Source: Balanoglossus misakiensis
Lineage: Eukaryota > Animalia > Hemichordata
Direction: 5' to 3'
Assembly (NCBI GenBank): GCA_040954595.2
Contig: CM082590.2
Location: 7,812,001 to 7,876,000, forward strand
Length of the DNA: 64,000 nucleotides
Shown here in pieces: positions 33,605 through 48,066 of the stretch (the first letter of the stretch is position 1; each line of letters begins with the position of its first letter). The notes under the pieces were generated by a model that searched no databases, had not been told where the DNA came from, and worked only from the letters and a program-made list of their open reading frames with translations. A program made the translations under genes and the position numbers.

Positions 33605-36600
33605 ATAGGCCATGGAAATGATGATAAAATGACGAATTCCGACTTTGCGAATTTTGGAAATTTTGACATCTGTGGTCACTTTTCATGGGTTATAGGCCCT
33701 GGAAATGATGATAAAATGACGAATGCCGACTTTGCCAATTTCGGAAATTTTGACATCTGTGGTCACTTTTCATGGGTTATAGGCCCTGGAAATGATGATA
33801 AAATGACGAATGCCGACTTTGCCAATTTCGGAAATTTTGACATCTGTGGTCACTTTTCATGGGTTATAGGCCATGGAAATGATGATAAAATGACGAATGC
33901 CGACTTTGCCAATTTCGGAAATTTTGACATCTGTGGTCACTTTTCATGGGTTATAGGCCCTGGAAATGATGATAAAATGACGAATGCCCACTTTGCCAAT
34001 TTCGGAAATTTTGACATCTGTGGTCACTTTTCATGGGTTATAGGCCATGGAAATGATGATAAAATGACGAATGCCCACTTTGCCAATTTCGGAAATTTTG
34101 ACATCTGTGGTCACTTTTCATGGGTTATAGGCCCTGGAAATGATGATAAAATGACGAATGCCGACTTTGCCAATTTTGGAAATTTTGACATCTGTGGTCA
34201 CTTTTCATGGGTTATAGGCCATGGAAATGATGATAAAATGACGAATTCCGACTTTGCGAATTTTGGAAATTTTGACATCTGTGGTCACTTTTCATGGGTT
34301 TTAGGCCATGGAAATGATGATAAAATGACGAATGCCCACTTTGCCAATTTCGGAAATTTTGACATCTGTGGTCACTTTTCATGGGTTATAGGCCATGGAA
34401 ATGATGATAAAATGACGAATGCCCACTTTGCCAATTTCGGAAATTTTGACATCTGTGGTCACTTTTCATGGGTTATACGCCATGGAAATGATGATAAAAT
34501 GACGAATGCCCACTTTGCCAATTTCGGAAATTTTGACATCTGTGGTCACTTTTCATGGGTTATAGGCCCTGGAAATGATGATCAAATGACGAATGCCGAC
34601 TTTGCCAATTTCGGAAATTTTGACATCTGTGGTCACTTTTCATGGGTTATAGGCCCTGGAAATGATGATAAAATGACGAATGCCGACTTTGCCAATTTCG
34701 GAAATTTTGACATCTGTGGTCACTTTTCATGGGTTATAGGCCCTGGAAATGATGATAAAATGACGAATGCCGACTTTGCGAATTTTGGAAATTTTGACAT
34801 CTGTGGTCACTTTTCATGGGCTATAGGCCATGGAAATGATGATAAAATGACGAATGCCCACTTTGCCAATTTCGGAAATTTTGACATCTGTGGTCACTTT
34901 TCATGGGTTATAGGCCATGGAAATGATGATAAAATGACGAATGCCCACTTTGCCAATTTCGGAAATTTTGACATCTGTGGTCACTTTTCATGGGTTATAG
35001 GCCATGGAAATGATGATAAAATGACGAATGCCGTCTTTGCCAATTTCGGAAATTTTGACATCTGTGGTCACTTTTCATGGGTTATAGGCCATGGAAATGA
35101 TGACAAAATGACGAATGCCGACTTTGCCAATTTCGGAAATTTTGACATCTGTGGTCACTTTTCATGGGTTATAGGCCATGGAAATGATGATAAAATGACG
35201 AATGCCGACTTTGCCAATTTCGGAAATTTTGACATCTGTGGTCACTTTTCATGGGTTATAGGCCATGGAAATGATGATAAAATGACGAATGCCGACTTTG
35301 CCAATTTCGGAAATTTTGACATCTGTGGTCACTTTTCATGGGTTATAGGCCATGGAAATGATGATAAAATGACGAATGCCGACTTTGCCAATTTCGGAAA
35401 TTTTGACATCTGTGGTCACTTTTCATGGGTTATAGGCCATGGAAATGATGATAAAATGACGAATGCCGACTTTGCGAATTTTGGAAATTTTGACATCTGT
35501 GGTCACTTTTCATGGGTTATAGGCCCTGGAAATGATGATAAAATGACGAATGCCGACTTTGCCAATTTCGGAAATTTTGACATCTGTGGTCACTTTTCAT
35601 GGGTTATAGGCCCTGGAAATGATGATAAAATGACGAATGCCGACTTTGCCAATTTCGGAAATTTTGACATCTGTGGTCACTTTTCATGGGTTATAGGCCC
35701 TGGAAATGATGATAAAATGACGAATGCCGACTTTGCCAATTTCGGAAATTTTGACATCTGTGGTCACTTTTCATGGGTTATAGGCCCTGGAAATGATGAT
35801 AAAATGACGAATGCCCACTTTGCCAATTTCGGAAATTTTGACATCTGTGGTCACTTTTCATGGGTTATAGGCCCTGGAAATGATGATAAAATGACGAATG
35901 CCGACTTTGCCAATTTTGGAAATTTTGACATCTGTGGTCACTTTTCATGGGTTATAGGCCATGGAAATGATGATAAAATGACGAATTCCGACTTTGCAAA
36001 TTTTGGAAATTTTGACATCTGTGGTCACTTTTCATGGGTTTTAGGCCATGGAAATGATGATAAAATGACGAATGCCCACTTTGCCAATTTCGGAAATTTT
36101 GACATCTGTGGTCACTTTTCATGGGTTATAGGCCATGGAAATGATGATAAAATGACGAATGCCCACTTTGCCAATTTCGGAAATTTTGACATCTGTGGTC
36201 ACTTTTCATGGGTTATAGGCCATGGAAATGATGATAAAATGACGAATGCCCACTTTGCCAATTTCGGAAATTTTGACATCTGTGGTCACTTTTCATGGGT
36301 TATAGGCCCTGGAAATGATGATAAAATGACGAATGCCGACTTTGCCAATTTCGGAAATTTTGACATCTGTGGTCACTTTTCATGGGTTATAGGCCCTGGA
36401 AATGATGATAAAATGACGAATGCCGACTTTGCCAATTTCGGAAATTTTGACATCTGTGGTCACTTTTCATGGGTTATAGGCCCTGGAAATGATGATAAAA
36501 TGACGAATGCCGACTTTGCGAATTTTGGAAATTTTGACATCTGTGGTCACTTTTCATGGTTTATAGGCCATGGAAATGATGATAAAATGACGAATGCCCA

Positions 36601-39600
36601 CTTTGCAAATTTCGGAAATTTTGACATCTGTGGTCACTTTTCATGGGTTATAGGCCCTGGAAATGATGATAAAATGACGAATGCCCACTTTGCCAATTTC
36701 GGAAATTTTGACATCTGTGGTCACTTTTCATGGGTTATAGGCCATGGAAATGATGATAAAATGACGAATGCCGTCTTTGTCAATTTCGGAAATTTTGACA
36801 TCTGTGGTCACTTTTCATGGGTTATAGGCCATGGAAATGATGACAAAATGACGAATGCCGACTTTGCCAATTTCGGAAATTTTGACATCTGTGGTCACTT
36901 TTCATGGGTTATAGGCCATGGAAATGATGATAAAATGACGAATGCCGACTTTGCCAATTTCGGAAATTTTGACATCTGTGGTCACTTTTCATGGGTTATA
37001 GGCCATGGAAATGATGATAAAATGACGAATGCCGACTTTGCCAATTTCGGAAATTTTGACATCTGTGGTCACTTTTCATGGGTTATAGGCCATGGAAATG
37101 ATGATAAAATGACGAATGCCGACTTTGCCAATTTCGGAAATTTTGACATCTGTGGTCACTTTTCATGGGTTATAGGCCATGGAAATGATGATAAAATGAC
37201 GAATGCCGACTTTGCGAATTTTGGAAATTTTGACATCTGTGGTCACTTTTCATGGGTTATAGGCCCTGGAAATGATGATAAAATGACGAATGCCGACTTT
37301 GCCAATTTCGGAAATTTTGACATCTGTGGTCACTTTTCATGGGTTATAGGCCCTGGAAATGATGATAAAATGACGAATGCCGACTTTGCCAATTTCGGAA
37401 ATTTTGACATCTGTGGTCACTTTTCATGGGTTATAGGCCATGGAAATGATGATAAAATGACGAATGCCCACTTTGCCAATTTCGGAAATTTTGACATCTG
37501 TGGTCACTTTTCATGGGTTATAGGCCATGGAAATGATGATAAAATGACGAATGCCCACTTTGCCAATTTCGGAAATTTTGACATCTGTGGTCACTTTTCT
37601 TGGGTTATAGGCCATGGAAATGATGATAAAATGACGAATGCCCACTTTGCCAATTTCGGAAATTTTGACATCTGTGGTCACTTTTCATGGGTTATAGGCC
37701 ATGGAAATGATGATAAAATGACGAATGCCCACTTTGCCAATTTCGGAAATTTTGACATCTGTGGTCACTTTTCATGGGTTATAGGCCATGGAAATGATGA
37801 TAAAATGACGAATGCCCACTTTGCCAATTTCGGAAATTTTGACATCTGTGGTCACTTTTCATGGGTTATAGGCCATGGAAATGATGATAAAATGACGAAT
37901 GCCCACTTTGCCAATTTCGGAAATTTTGACATCTGTGGTCACTTTTCATGGGTTATAGGCCATGGAAATGATGATAAAATGACGAATGCCCACTTTGCCA
38001 ATTTCGGAAATTTTGACATCTGTGGTCACTTTTCATGGGTTATAGGCCATGGAAATGATGATAAAATGACGAATGCCCACTTTGCCAATTTCGGAAATTT
38101 TGACATCTGTGGTCACTTTTCATGGGTTATAGGCCATGGAAATGATGATAAAATGACGAATGCCCACTTTGCCAATTTCGGAAATTTTGACATCTGTGGT
38201 CACTTTTCATGGGTTATAGGCCATGGAAATGATGATAAAATGACGAATGCCCACTTTGCCAATTTCGGAAATTTTGACATCTGTGGTCACTTTTCTTGGG
38301 TTATAGGCCATGGAAATGATAATAAAATGACGAATGCCCACTTTGCCAATTTCGGAAATTTTGACATCTGTGGTCACTTTTCATGGGTTATAGGCCCTGG
38401 AAATGATGATAAAATGACGAATGCCGACTATGCCAATTTTGGAAATTTTGACATCTGTGGTCACTTTTCATGGGTTATAGGCCATGGAAATGATGATAAA
38501 ATGACGAATTCCGACTTTGCGAATTTTGGAAATTTTGACATCTGTGGTCACTTTTCATGGGTTTTAGGCCATGGAAATGATGATAAAATGACGAATGCCC
38601 ACTTTGCCAATTTCGGAAATTTTGACATCTGTGGTCACTTTTCATGGGTTATAGGCCCTGGAAATGATGATAAAATGACGAATGCCGACTTTGCCAATTT
38701 CGGAAATTTTGACATCTGTGGTCACTTTTCATGGGTTATAGGCCATGGAAATGATGATAAAATGACGAATGCCGACTTTGCCAATTTCGGAAATTTTGAC
38801 ATCTGTGGTCACTTTTCATGTGTTATAGGCCCTGGAAATGATGATAAAATGACGAATGCCCACTTTGCCAATTTCGGAAATTTTGACATCTGTGGTCACT
38901 TTTCATGGGTTATAGGCCATGGAAATGATAATAAAATGACGAATGCCCACTTTGCCAATTTCGGAAATTTTGACATCTGTGGTCACTTTTCATGGGTTAT
39001 AGGCCCTGGAAATGATGATAAAATGACGAATGCCCACTTTGCCAATTTTGGAAATTTTGACATCTGTGGTCACTTTTCATGGGTTATAGGCCCTGGAAAT
39101 GATGATAAAATGACGAATGCCCACTTTGCCAATTTTGGAAATTTTGACATCTGTGGTCACTTTTCATGGGTTATAGGCCATGGAAATGATGATAAAATGA
39201 CGAATTCCGACTTTGCGAATTTTGGAAATTTTGACATCTGTGGTCACTTTTCATGGGTTTTAGGCCATGGAAATGATGATAAAATGACGAATGCCCACTT
39301 TGCCAATTTCGGAAATTTTGACATCTGTGGTCACTTTTCATGGGTTATAGGCCATGGAAATGATGATAAAATGACGAATGCCCACTTTGCCAATTTCGGA
39401 AATTTTGACATCTGTGGTCACTTTTCATGGGTTATAGGCCATGGAAATGATAATAAAATGACGAATGCCCACTTTGCCAATTTCGGAAATTTTGACATCT
39501 GTGGTCACTTTTCATGGGTTATAGGCCCTGGAAATGATGATAAAATGACGAATGCCCACTTTGCCAATTTTGGAAATTTTGACATCTGTGGTCACTTTTC

Positions 39601-42600
39601 ATGGGTTATAGGCCCTGGAAATGATGATAAAATGACGAATGCCCACTTTGCCAATTTTGGAAATTTTGACATCTGTGGTCACTTTTCATGGGTTATAGGC
39701 CATGGAAATGATGATAAAATGACGAATTCCGACTTTGCGAATTTTGGAAATTTTGACATCTGTGGTCACTTTTCATGGGTTTTAGGCCATGGAAATGATG
39801 ATAAAATGACGAATGCCCACTTTGCCAATTTCGGAAATTTTGACATCTGTGGTCACTTTTCATGGGTTATAGGCCATGGAAATGATGATAAAATGACGAA
39901 TGCCCACTTTGCAAATTTCGGAAATTTTGACATCTGTGGTCACTTTTCATGGGTTATAGGCCATGGAAATGATGATAAAATGACGAATGCCCACTTTGCC
40001 AATTTCGGAAATTTTGACATCTGTGGTCACTTTTCATGGGTTATAGGCCATGGAAATGATGATAAAATGACGAATGCCGACTTTGCCAATTTCGGAAATT
40101 TTGACATCTGTGGTCACTTTTCATGGGTTATAGGCCCTGGAAATGATGATAAAATGACGAATGCCGACTTTGCCAATTTCGGAAATTTTGACATCTGTGG
40201 TCACTTTTCATGGGTTATAGGCCCTGGAAATGATGATAAAATGACGAATGCCGACTTTGCGAATTTTGGAAATATTGACATCTGTGGTCACTTTTCATGG
40301 TTTATAGGCCATGGAAATGATGATAAAATGACGAATGCCCACTTTGCCAATTTCGGAAATTTTGACATCTGTGGTCACTTTTCATGGGTTATAGGCCATG
40401 GAAATGATGATAAAATGACGAATGCCCACTTTGCCAATTTCGGAAATTTTGACATCTGTGGTCACTTTTCATGGGTTATAGGCCATGGAAATGATGATAA
40501 AATGACGAATGCCCACTTTGCCAATTTCGGAAATTTTGACATCTGTGGTCACTTTTCATGGGTTATAGGCCATGGAAATGATGATAAAATGACGAATGCC
40601 GTCTTTGCCAATTTCGGAAATTTTGACATCTGTGGTCACTTTTCATGGGTTATAGGCCATGGAAATGATGATAAAATGACGAATGCCGACTTTGCCAATT
40701 TCGGAAATTTTGACATCTGTGGTCACTTTTCATGGGTTATAGGCCATGGAAATGATGATAAAATGACGAATGCCGACTTTGCCAATTTCGGAAATTTTGA
40801 CATCTGTGGTCACTTTTCATGGGTTATAGGCCATGGAAATGATGATAAAATGACGAATGCCCACTTTGCCAATTTCGAAAATTTTGACATCTGTGGTCAC
40901 TTTTTTAATGGGTTATAGGCCATGGAAATGATGATAAAATGACGAATGTCGTCTTTGCCAATTTCGGAAATTTTGACATCTGTGGTCTCTTTTCATGGGT
41001 TATAGGCCATGGAAATGATGATAAAATGACGAATGCCCACTTTGCCAATTTCGAAAATCTTGACATCTGTGGTCACTTTTCATGGGTTATAGGCCATGGA
41101 AATGATGAAAAAATGACGAATGCCCACTTTGCCAATTTCGGAAATTTAGACATCTGTGGTCACTTTTCATGGGCTATAGGCCATGGAAATGATGATAAAA
41201 TGACGAATGCCCACTTTGCCAATTTCGGAAATTTTGACATCTGTGGTCACTTTTCATGGGTTATAGGCCATGGAAATGATGATAAAATGACGAATGCCGT
41301 CTTTGCCAATTTCGGAAATTTTGACATCTGTGGTCACTTTTCATGGGTTATAGGCCATGGAAATGATGATAAAATGACGAATGCCCACTTTGCCAATTTC
41401 GGAAATTTTGACATCTGTGGTCACTTTTCATGGGTTATAGGCCATGGAAATGATGATAAAATGACGAATGCCGACTTTGCCAATTTCGGAAATTTTGACA
41501 TCTGTGGTCACTTTTCATGGGTTATAGGCCATGGAAATGATGATAAAATGACGAATGCCGTCTTTGCCAATTTCGGAAATTTTGACATCTGTGGTCACTT
41601 TTCATGGGTTATAGGCCATGGAAATGATGATAAAATGACGAATGCCGACTTTGCCAATTTCGGAAATTTTGACATCTGTGGTCACTTTTCATGGGTTATA
41701 GGCCATGGAAATGATGATAAAATGACGAATGCCGACTTTGCCAATTTCGGAAATTTTGACATCTGTGGTCACTTTTCATGGGTTATAGGCCATGGAAATG
41801 ATGATAAAATGACGAATACCCACTTTGCCAATTTCGGAAATTTTGACATCTGTGGTCACTTTTCATGGGTTATAGGCCATGGAAATGATGATAAAATGAC
41901 GAATGCCCACTTTGCCAATTTCGGAAATTTTGACATCTGTGGTCACTTTTCATGGGTTATAGGCCATGGAAATGATGATAAAATGACGAATGCCGTCTTT
42001 GCCAATTTCGGAAATTTTGACATCTGTGGTCACTTTTCATGGGTTATAGGCCATGGAAATGATGATAAAATGACGAATGCCCACTTTGCCAATTTCGGAA
42101 ATGTTGACATCTGTGGTCACTTTTCATGGGTTATAGGCCATGGAAATGATGATAAAATGACGAATGCCCACTTTGCCAATTTCGGAAATTTTGACATCTG
42201 TGGTCACTTTTCATGGGTTATAGGCCATGGAAATGATGATAAAATGACGAATGCCCACTTTGCCAATTTCGGAAATTTTGACATCTGTGGTCACTTTTCA
42301 TGGGTTATAGGCCATGGAAATGATGATAAAATGACGAATGGCGACTTTGCCAATTTCGGAAATTTTGACATCTGTGGTCACTTTTCATGGGTTATAGGCC
42401 ATGGAAATGATGATAAAATGACGAATGCCAACTTTGCCAATTTCGGAAATTTTGACATCTGTGGTCACTTTTCATGGGTTATAGGCCATGGAAATGATGA
42501 TAAAATGACGAATGCCCACTTTGCCAATTTCGGAAATTTTGACATCTGTGGTCACTTTTCATGGGTTTTAGGCCATGGAAATGATGATAAAATGACGAAT

Positions 42601-45600
42601 GCCCACTTTGCCAATTTCGGAAATTTTGACATCTGTGGTCACTTTTCATGGGTTATAGGCCATGGAAATGATGATAAAATGACGAATGCCCACTTTGCCA
42701 ATTTCGGAAATTTTGACATCTGTGGTCACTTTTCATGGGTTATAGGCCATGGAAATGATGATAAAATGACGAATGCCGACTTTGCCAATTTCGGAAATTT
42801 TGACATCTGTGGTCACTTTTCATGGGTTATAGGCCATGGAAATGATGATAAAATGACGAATGCCGACTTTGCCAATTTCGGAAATTTTGACATCTGTGGT
42901 CACTTTTCATGGGCTATAGGCCATGGAAATGATGATAAAATGACGAATGTCGACTTTGCCAATTTCGGAAATTTTGACATCTGTGGTCACTTTTCATGGG
43001 TTATAGGCCATGGAAATGATGATAAAATGACGAATGCCGACTTTGCCAATTTCGGAAATTTTGACATCTGTGGTCACTTTTCATGGGTTATAGGCCCTGG
43101 AAATGATGATAAAATGACGAATGCCCACTTTGCCAATTTCGGAAATTTTGACATCTGTGGTCACTTTTCATGGGTTATAGGCCATGGAAATGATAATAAA
43201 ATGACGAATGCCCACTTTGCCAATTTCGGAAATTTTGACATCTGTGGTCACTTTTCATGGGTTATAGGCCCTGGAAATGATGATAAAATGACGAATGCCG
43301 ACTTTGCCAATTTTGGAAATTTTGACATCTGTGGTCACTTTTCATGGGTTATAGGCCATGGAAATGATGATAAAATGACGAATTCCGACTTTGCGAATTT
43401 TGGAAATTTTGACATCTGTGGTCACTTTTCATGGGTTTTAGGCCATGGAAATGATGATAAAATGACGAATGCCCACTTTGCCAATTTCGGAAATTTTGAC
43501 ATCTGTGGTCACTTTTCATGGGTTATAGGCCATGGAAATGATGATAAAATGACGAATGCCCACTTTGCCAATTTCGGAAATTTTGACATCTGTGGTCACT
43601 TTTCATGGGTTATAGGCCATGGAAATGATGATAAAATGACGAATGCCCACTTTGCCAATTTCGGAAATTTTGACATCTGTGGTCACTTTTCATGGGTTAT
43701 AGGCCATGGAAATGATGATAAAATGACGAATGCCGACTTTGCCAATTTCGGAAATTTTGACATCTGTGGTCACTTTTCATGGGTTATAGGCCCTGGAAAT
43801 GATGATAAAATGACGAATGACGACTTTGCCAATTTCGGAAATTTTGACATCTGTGGTCACTTTTCATGGGTTATAGGCCCTGGAAATGATGATAAAATGA
43901 CGAATGCCGACTTTGCGAATTTTGGAAATTTTGACATCTGTGGTCACTTTTCATGGTTTATAGGCCATGGAAATGATGATAAAATGACGAATGCCCACTT
44001 TGCCAATTTCGGAAATTTTGACATCTGTGGTCACTTTTCATGGGTTATAGGCCATGGAAATGATGATAAAATGACGAATGCCCACTTTGCCAATTTCGGA
44101 AATTTTGACATCTGTGGTCACTTTTCATGGGTTATAGGCCATGGAAATGATGATAAAATGACGAATGCCCACTTTGCCAATTTCGGAAATTTTGACATCT
44201 GTGGTCACTTTTCATGGGTTATAGGCCATGGAAATGATGATAAAATGACGAATGCCGTCTTTGCCAATTTCGGAAATTTTGACATCTGTGGTCACTTTTC
44301 ATGGGTTATAGGCCATGGAAATGATGATAAAATGACGAATGCCGACTTTGCCAATTTCGGAAATTTTGACATCTGTGGTCACTTTTCATGGGTTATAGGC
44401 CATGGAAATGATGATAAAATGACGAATGCCGACTTTGCCAATTTCGGAAATTTTGACATCTGTGGTCACTTTTCATGGGTTATAGGCCATGGAAATGATG
44501 ATAAAATGACGAATGCCCACGGGCCGACTTTGCCAATTTCGGAAATTTTGACATCTGTGGTCACTTTTCATGGGTTATAGGCCATGGAAATGATGATAAA
44601 ATGACGAATGCCGACTTTGCCAATTTCGGAAATTTTGACATCTGTGGTCACTTTTCATGGGTTATAGGCCATGGAAATGATGATAAAATGACGAATGCCC
44701 ACTTTGCCAATTTCGAAAATTTTGACATCTGTGGTCACTTTTTTAATGGGTTATAGGCCATGGAAATGATGATAAAATGACGAATGTCGTCTTTGCCAAT
44801 TTCGGAAATTTTGACATCTGTGGTCTCTTTTCATGGGTTATAGGCCATGGAAATGATGATAAAATGACGAATGCCCACTTTGCCAATTTCGGAAATCTTG
44901 ACATCTGTGGTCACTTTTCATGGGTTATAGGCCATGGAAATGATGATAAAATGACGAATGCCCACTTTGCCAATTTCGGAAATTTAGACATCTGTGGTCA
45001 CTTTTCATGGGTTATAGGCCATGGAAATGATGATAAAATGACGAATGCCGTCTTTGCCAATTTCGGAAATTTTGACATCTGTGGTCACTTTTCATGGGTT
45101 ATAGGCCATGGAAATGATGATAAAATGACGAATGCCGTCTTTGCCAATTTCGGAAATTTTGACATCTTTGGTCACTTTTCATGGGTTATAGGCCATGGAA
45201 ATGATGATAAAATGACGAATGCCGACTTTGCCAATTTCGGAAATTTTGACATCTGTGGTCACTTTTCATGGGTTATAGGCCATGGAAATGATGATAAAAT
45301 GACGAATGCCGACTTTGCCAATTTCGGAAATTTTGACATCTGTGGTCACTTTTCATGGGTTATAGGCCATGGAAATGATGATAAAATGACGAATGCCGTC
45401 TTTGCCAATTTCGGAAATTTTGACATCTGTGGTCACTTTTCATGGGTTATAGGCCATGGAAATGATGATAAAATGACGAATGCCCACTTTGCCAATTTCG
45501 GAAATTTTGACATCTGTGGTCACTTTTCATGGGTTATAGGCCATGGAAATGATGATAAAATGACGAATGCCCACTTTGCCAATTTCGGAAATTTTGACAT

Positions 45601-47980
45601 CTGTGGTCACTTTTCATGGGTTATAGGCCATGGAAATGATGATAAAATGACGAATGCCGACTTTGCCAATTTCGGAAATTTTGACATCTGTGGTCACTTT
45701 TCATGGGTTATAGGCCATGGAAATGATGATAAAATGACGAATACCCACTTTGCCAATTTCGGAAATTTTGACATCTGTGGTCACTTTTCATGGGTTATAG
45801 GCCATGGAAATGATGATAAAATGACGAATGCCCACTTTGCCAATTTCGGAAATTTTGACATCTGTGGTCACTTTTCATGGGTTATAGGCCATGGAAATGA
45901 TGATAAAATGACGAATGCCGTCTTTGCCAATTTCGGAAATTTTGACATCTGTGGTCACTTTTCATGGGTTATAGGCCATGGAAATGATGATAAAATGACG
46001 AATGCCCACTTTGCCAATTTCGGAAATGTTGACATCTGTGGTCACTTTTCATGGGTTATAGGCCATGGAAATGATGATAAAATGACGAATGCCCACTTTG
46101 CCAATTTCGGAAATGTTGACATCTGTGGTCACTTTTCATGGGTTATAGGCCATGGAAATGATGATAAAATGACGAATGCCCACTTTGCCAATTTCGGAAA
46201 TTTTGACATCTGTGGTCACTTTTCATGGGTTATAGGCCATGGAAATGATGATAAAATGACGAATGGCGACTTTGCCAATTTCGGAAATTTTGACATCTGT
46301 GGTCACTTTTCATGGGTTATAGGCCATGGAAATGATGATAAAATGACGAATGCCGACTTTGCCAATTTCGGAAATTTTGACATCTGTGGTCACTTTTCAT
46401 GGGTTATAGGCCATGGAAATGATGATAAAATGACGAATGCCGACTTTGCCAATTTCGGAAATTTTGACATCTGTGGTCACTTTTCATGGGCTATAGGCCA
46501 TGGAAATGATGATAAAATGACGAATGCCGACTTTGCCAATTTCGGAAATTTTGACATCTGTGGTCACTTTTCATGGGCTATAGGCCATGGAAATGATGAT
46601 AAAATGACGAATGCCGACTTTGCCAATTTCGGAAATTTTGACATCTGTGGTCACTTTTCATGGGCTATAGGCCATGGAAATGATGATAAAATGACGAATG
46701 CCGACTTTGCCAATTTCGGAAATTTTGACATCTGTGGTCACTTTTCATGGGCTATAGGCCATGGAAATGATGATAAAATGACGAATGCCGACTTTGCCAA
46801 TTTCGGAAATTTTGACATCTGTGGTCACTTTTCATGGGCTATAGGCCATGGAAATGATGATAAAATGACGAATGGCGACTTTGCCAATTTCGGAAATTTT
46901 GACATCTGTGGTCACTTTTCATGGGTTATAGGCCATGGAAATGATGATAAAATGACGAATGCCGACTTTGCCAATTTCGGAAATTTTGACATCTGTGGTC
47001 ACTTTTCATGGGCTATAGGCCATGGAAATGATGATAAAATGACGAATGTCGACTTTGCCAATTTCGGAAATTTTGACATCTGTGGTCACTTTTCATGGGC
47101 TATAGGCCATGGAAATGATGATAAAATGACGAATGCCGACTTTGCCAATTTCGGAAATTTTGACATCTGTGGTCACTTTTCATGGGCTATAGGCCATGGA
47201 AATGATGATAAAATGACGAATGCCGACTTTGCCAATTTCGGAAATTTTGACATCTGTGGTCACTTTTCATGGGCTATAGGCCATGGAAATGATGATAAAA
47301 TGACGAATGCCGACTTTGCCAATTTCGGAAATTTTGACATCTGTGGTCACTTTTCATGGGCTATAGGCCATGGAAATGATGATAAAATGACGAATGCCGA
47401 CTTTGCCAATTTCGGAAATTTTGACATCTGTGGTCACTTTTCATGGGTTATAGGCCATGGAAATGATGATAAAATGACGAATGCCGACTTTGCCAATTTC
47501 GGAAATTTTGACATCTGTGGTCACTTTTCATGGGCTATAGGCCATGGAAATGATGATAAAATGACGAATGCCGACTTTGCCAATTTCGGAAATTTTGACA
47601 TCTGTGGTCACTTTTCATGGGCTATAGGCCATGGAAATGATGATAAAATGACGAATGCCGACTTTGCCAATTTCGGAAATTTTGACATCTGTGGTCACTT
47701 TTCATGGGCTATAGGCCATGGAAATGATGATAAAATGACGAATGCCGACTTTGCCAATTTCGGAAATTTTGACATCTGTGGTCACTTTTCATGGGCTATA
47801 GGCCATGGAAATGATGATAAAATGACGAATGCCGACTTTGCCAATTTCGGAAATTTTGACATCTGTGGTCACTTTTCATGGGTTATAGGCCATGGAAATG
47901 ATGATAAAATGACGAATGCCGACTTTGCCAATTTCGGAAATTTTGACATCTGTGGTCACTTTTCATGGGTTATAGGCCAT
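33605..47980. repeat. 87-bp tandem satellite array, 165 full units plus 9 nt
   Basis: Consensus ATAGGCCATGGAAATGATGATAAAATGACGAATGCCGACTTTGCCAATTTCGGAAATTTTGACATCTGTGGTCACTTTTCATGGGTT. Length 14376 = 165x87 + 9 + three insertions (+2 at ~40905, +8 at ~44515, +2 at ~44743). Confidence 0.99.
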
Positions 47981-48060
47981 ATTCATTTGATAAAAATTGA
48001 TTTAGTAACTTGTTTAAGTAATTCTACACTAAACCTAGAACATTGTCATGGTAGTTACGT

Positions 48061-48066
48061 TTTATT
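48061..48066 (-). terminator. Candidate AOX polyadenylation signal AATAAA
   Basis: TTTATT on the + strand, ~280 nt downstream of the AOX stop codon and ~80 nt before the satellite. Confidence 0.55.

Noticed and set aside
33605-47980. CRISPR-like array
   Set aside because: Units are contiguous with no unique spacers, there are no cas genes, and the context is a eukaryotic intron-containing locus.
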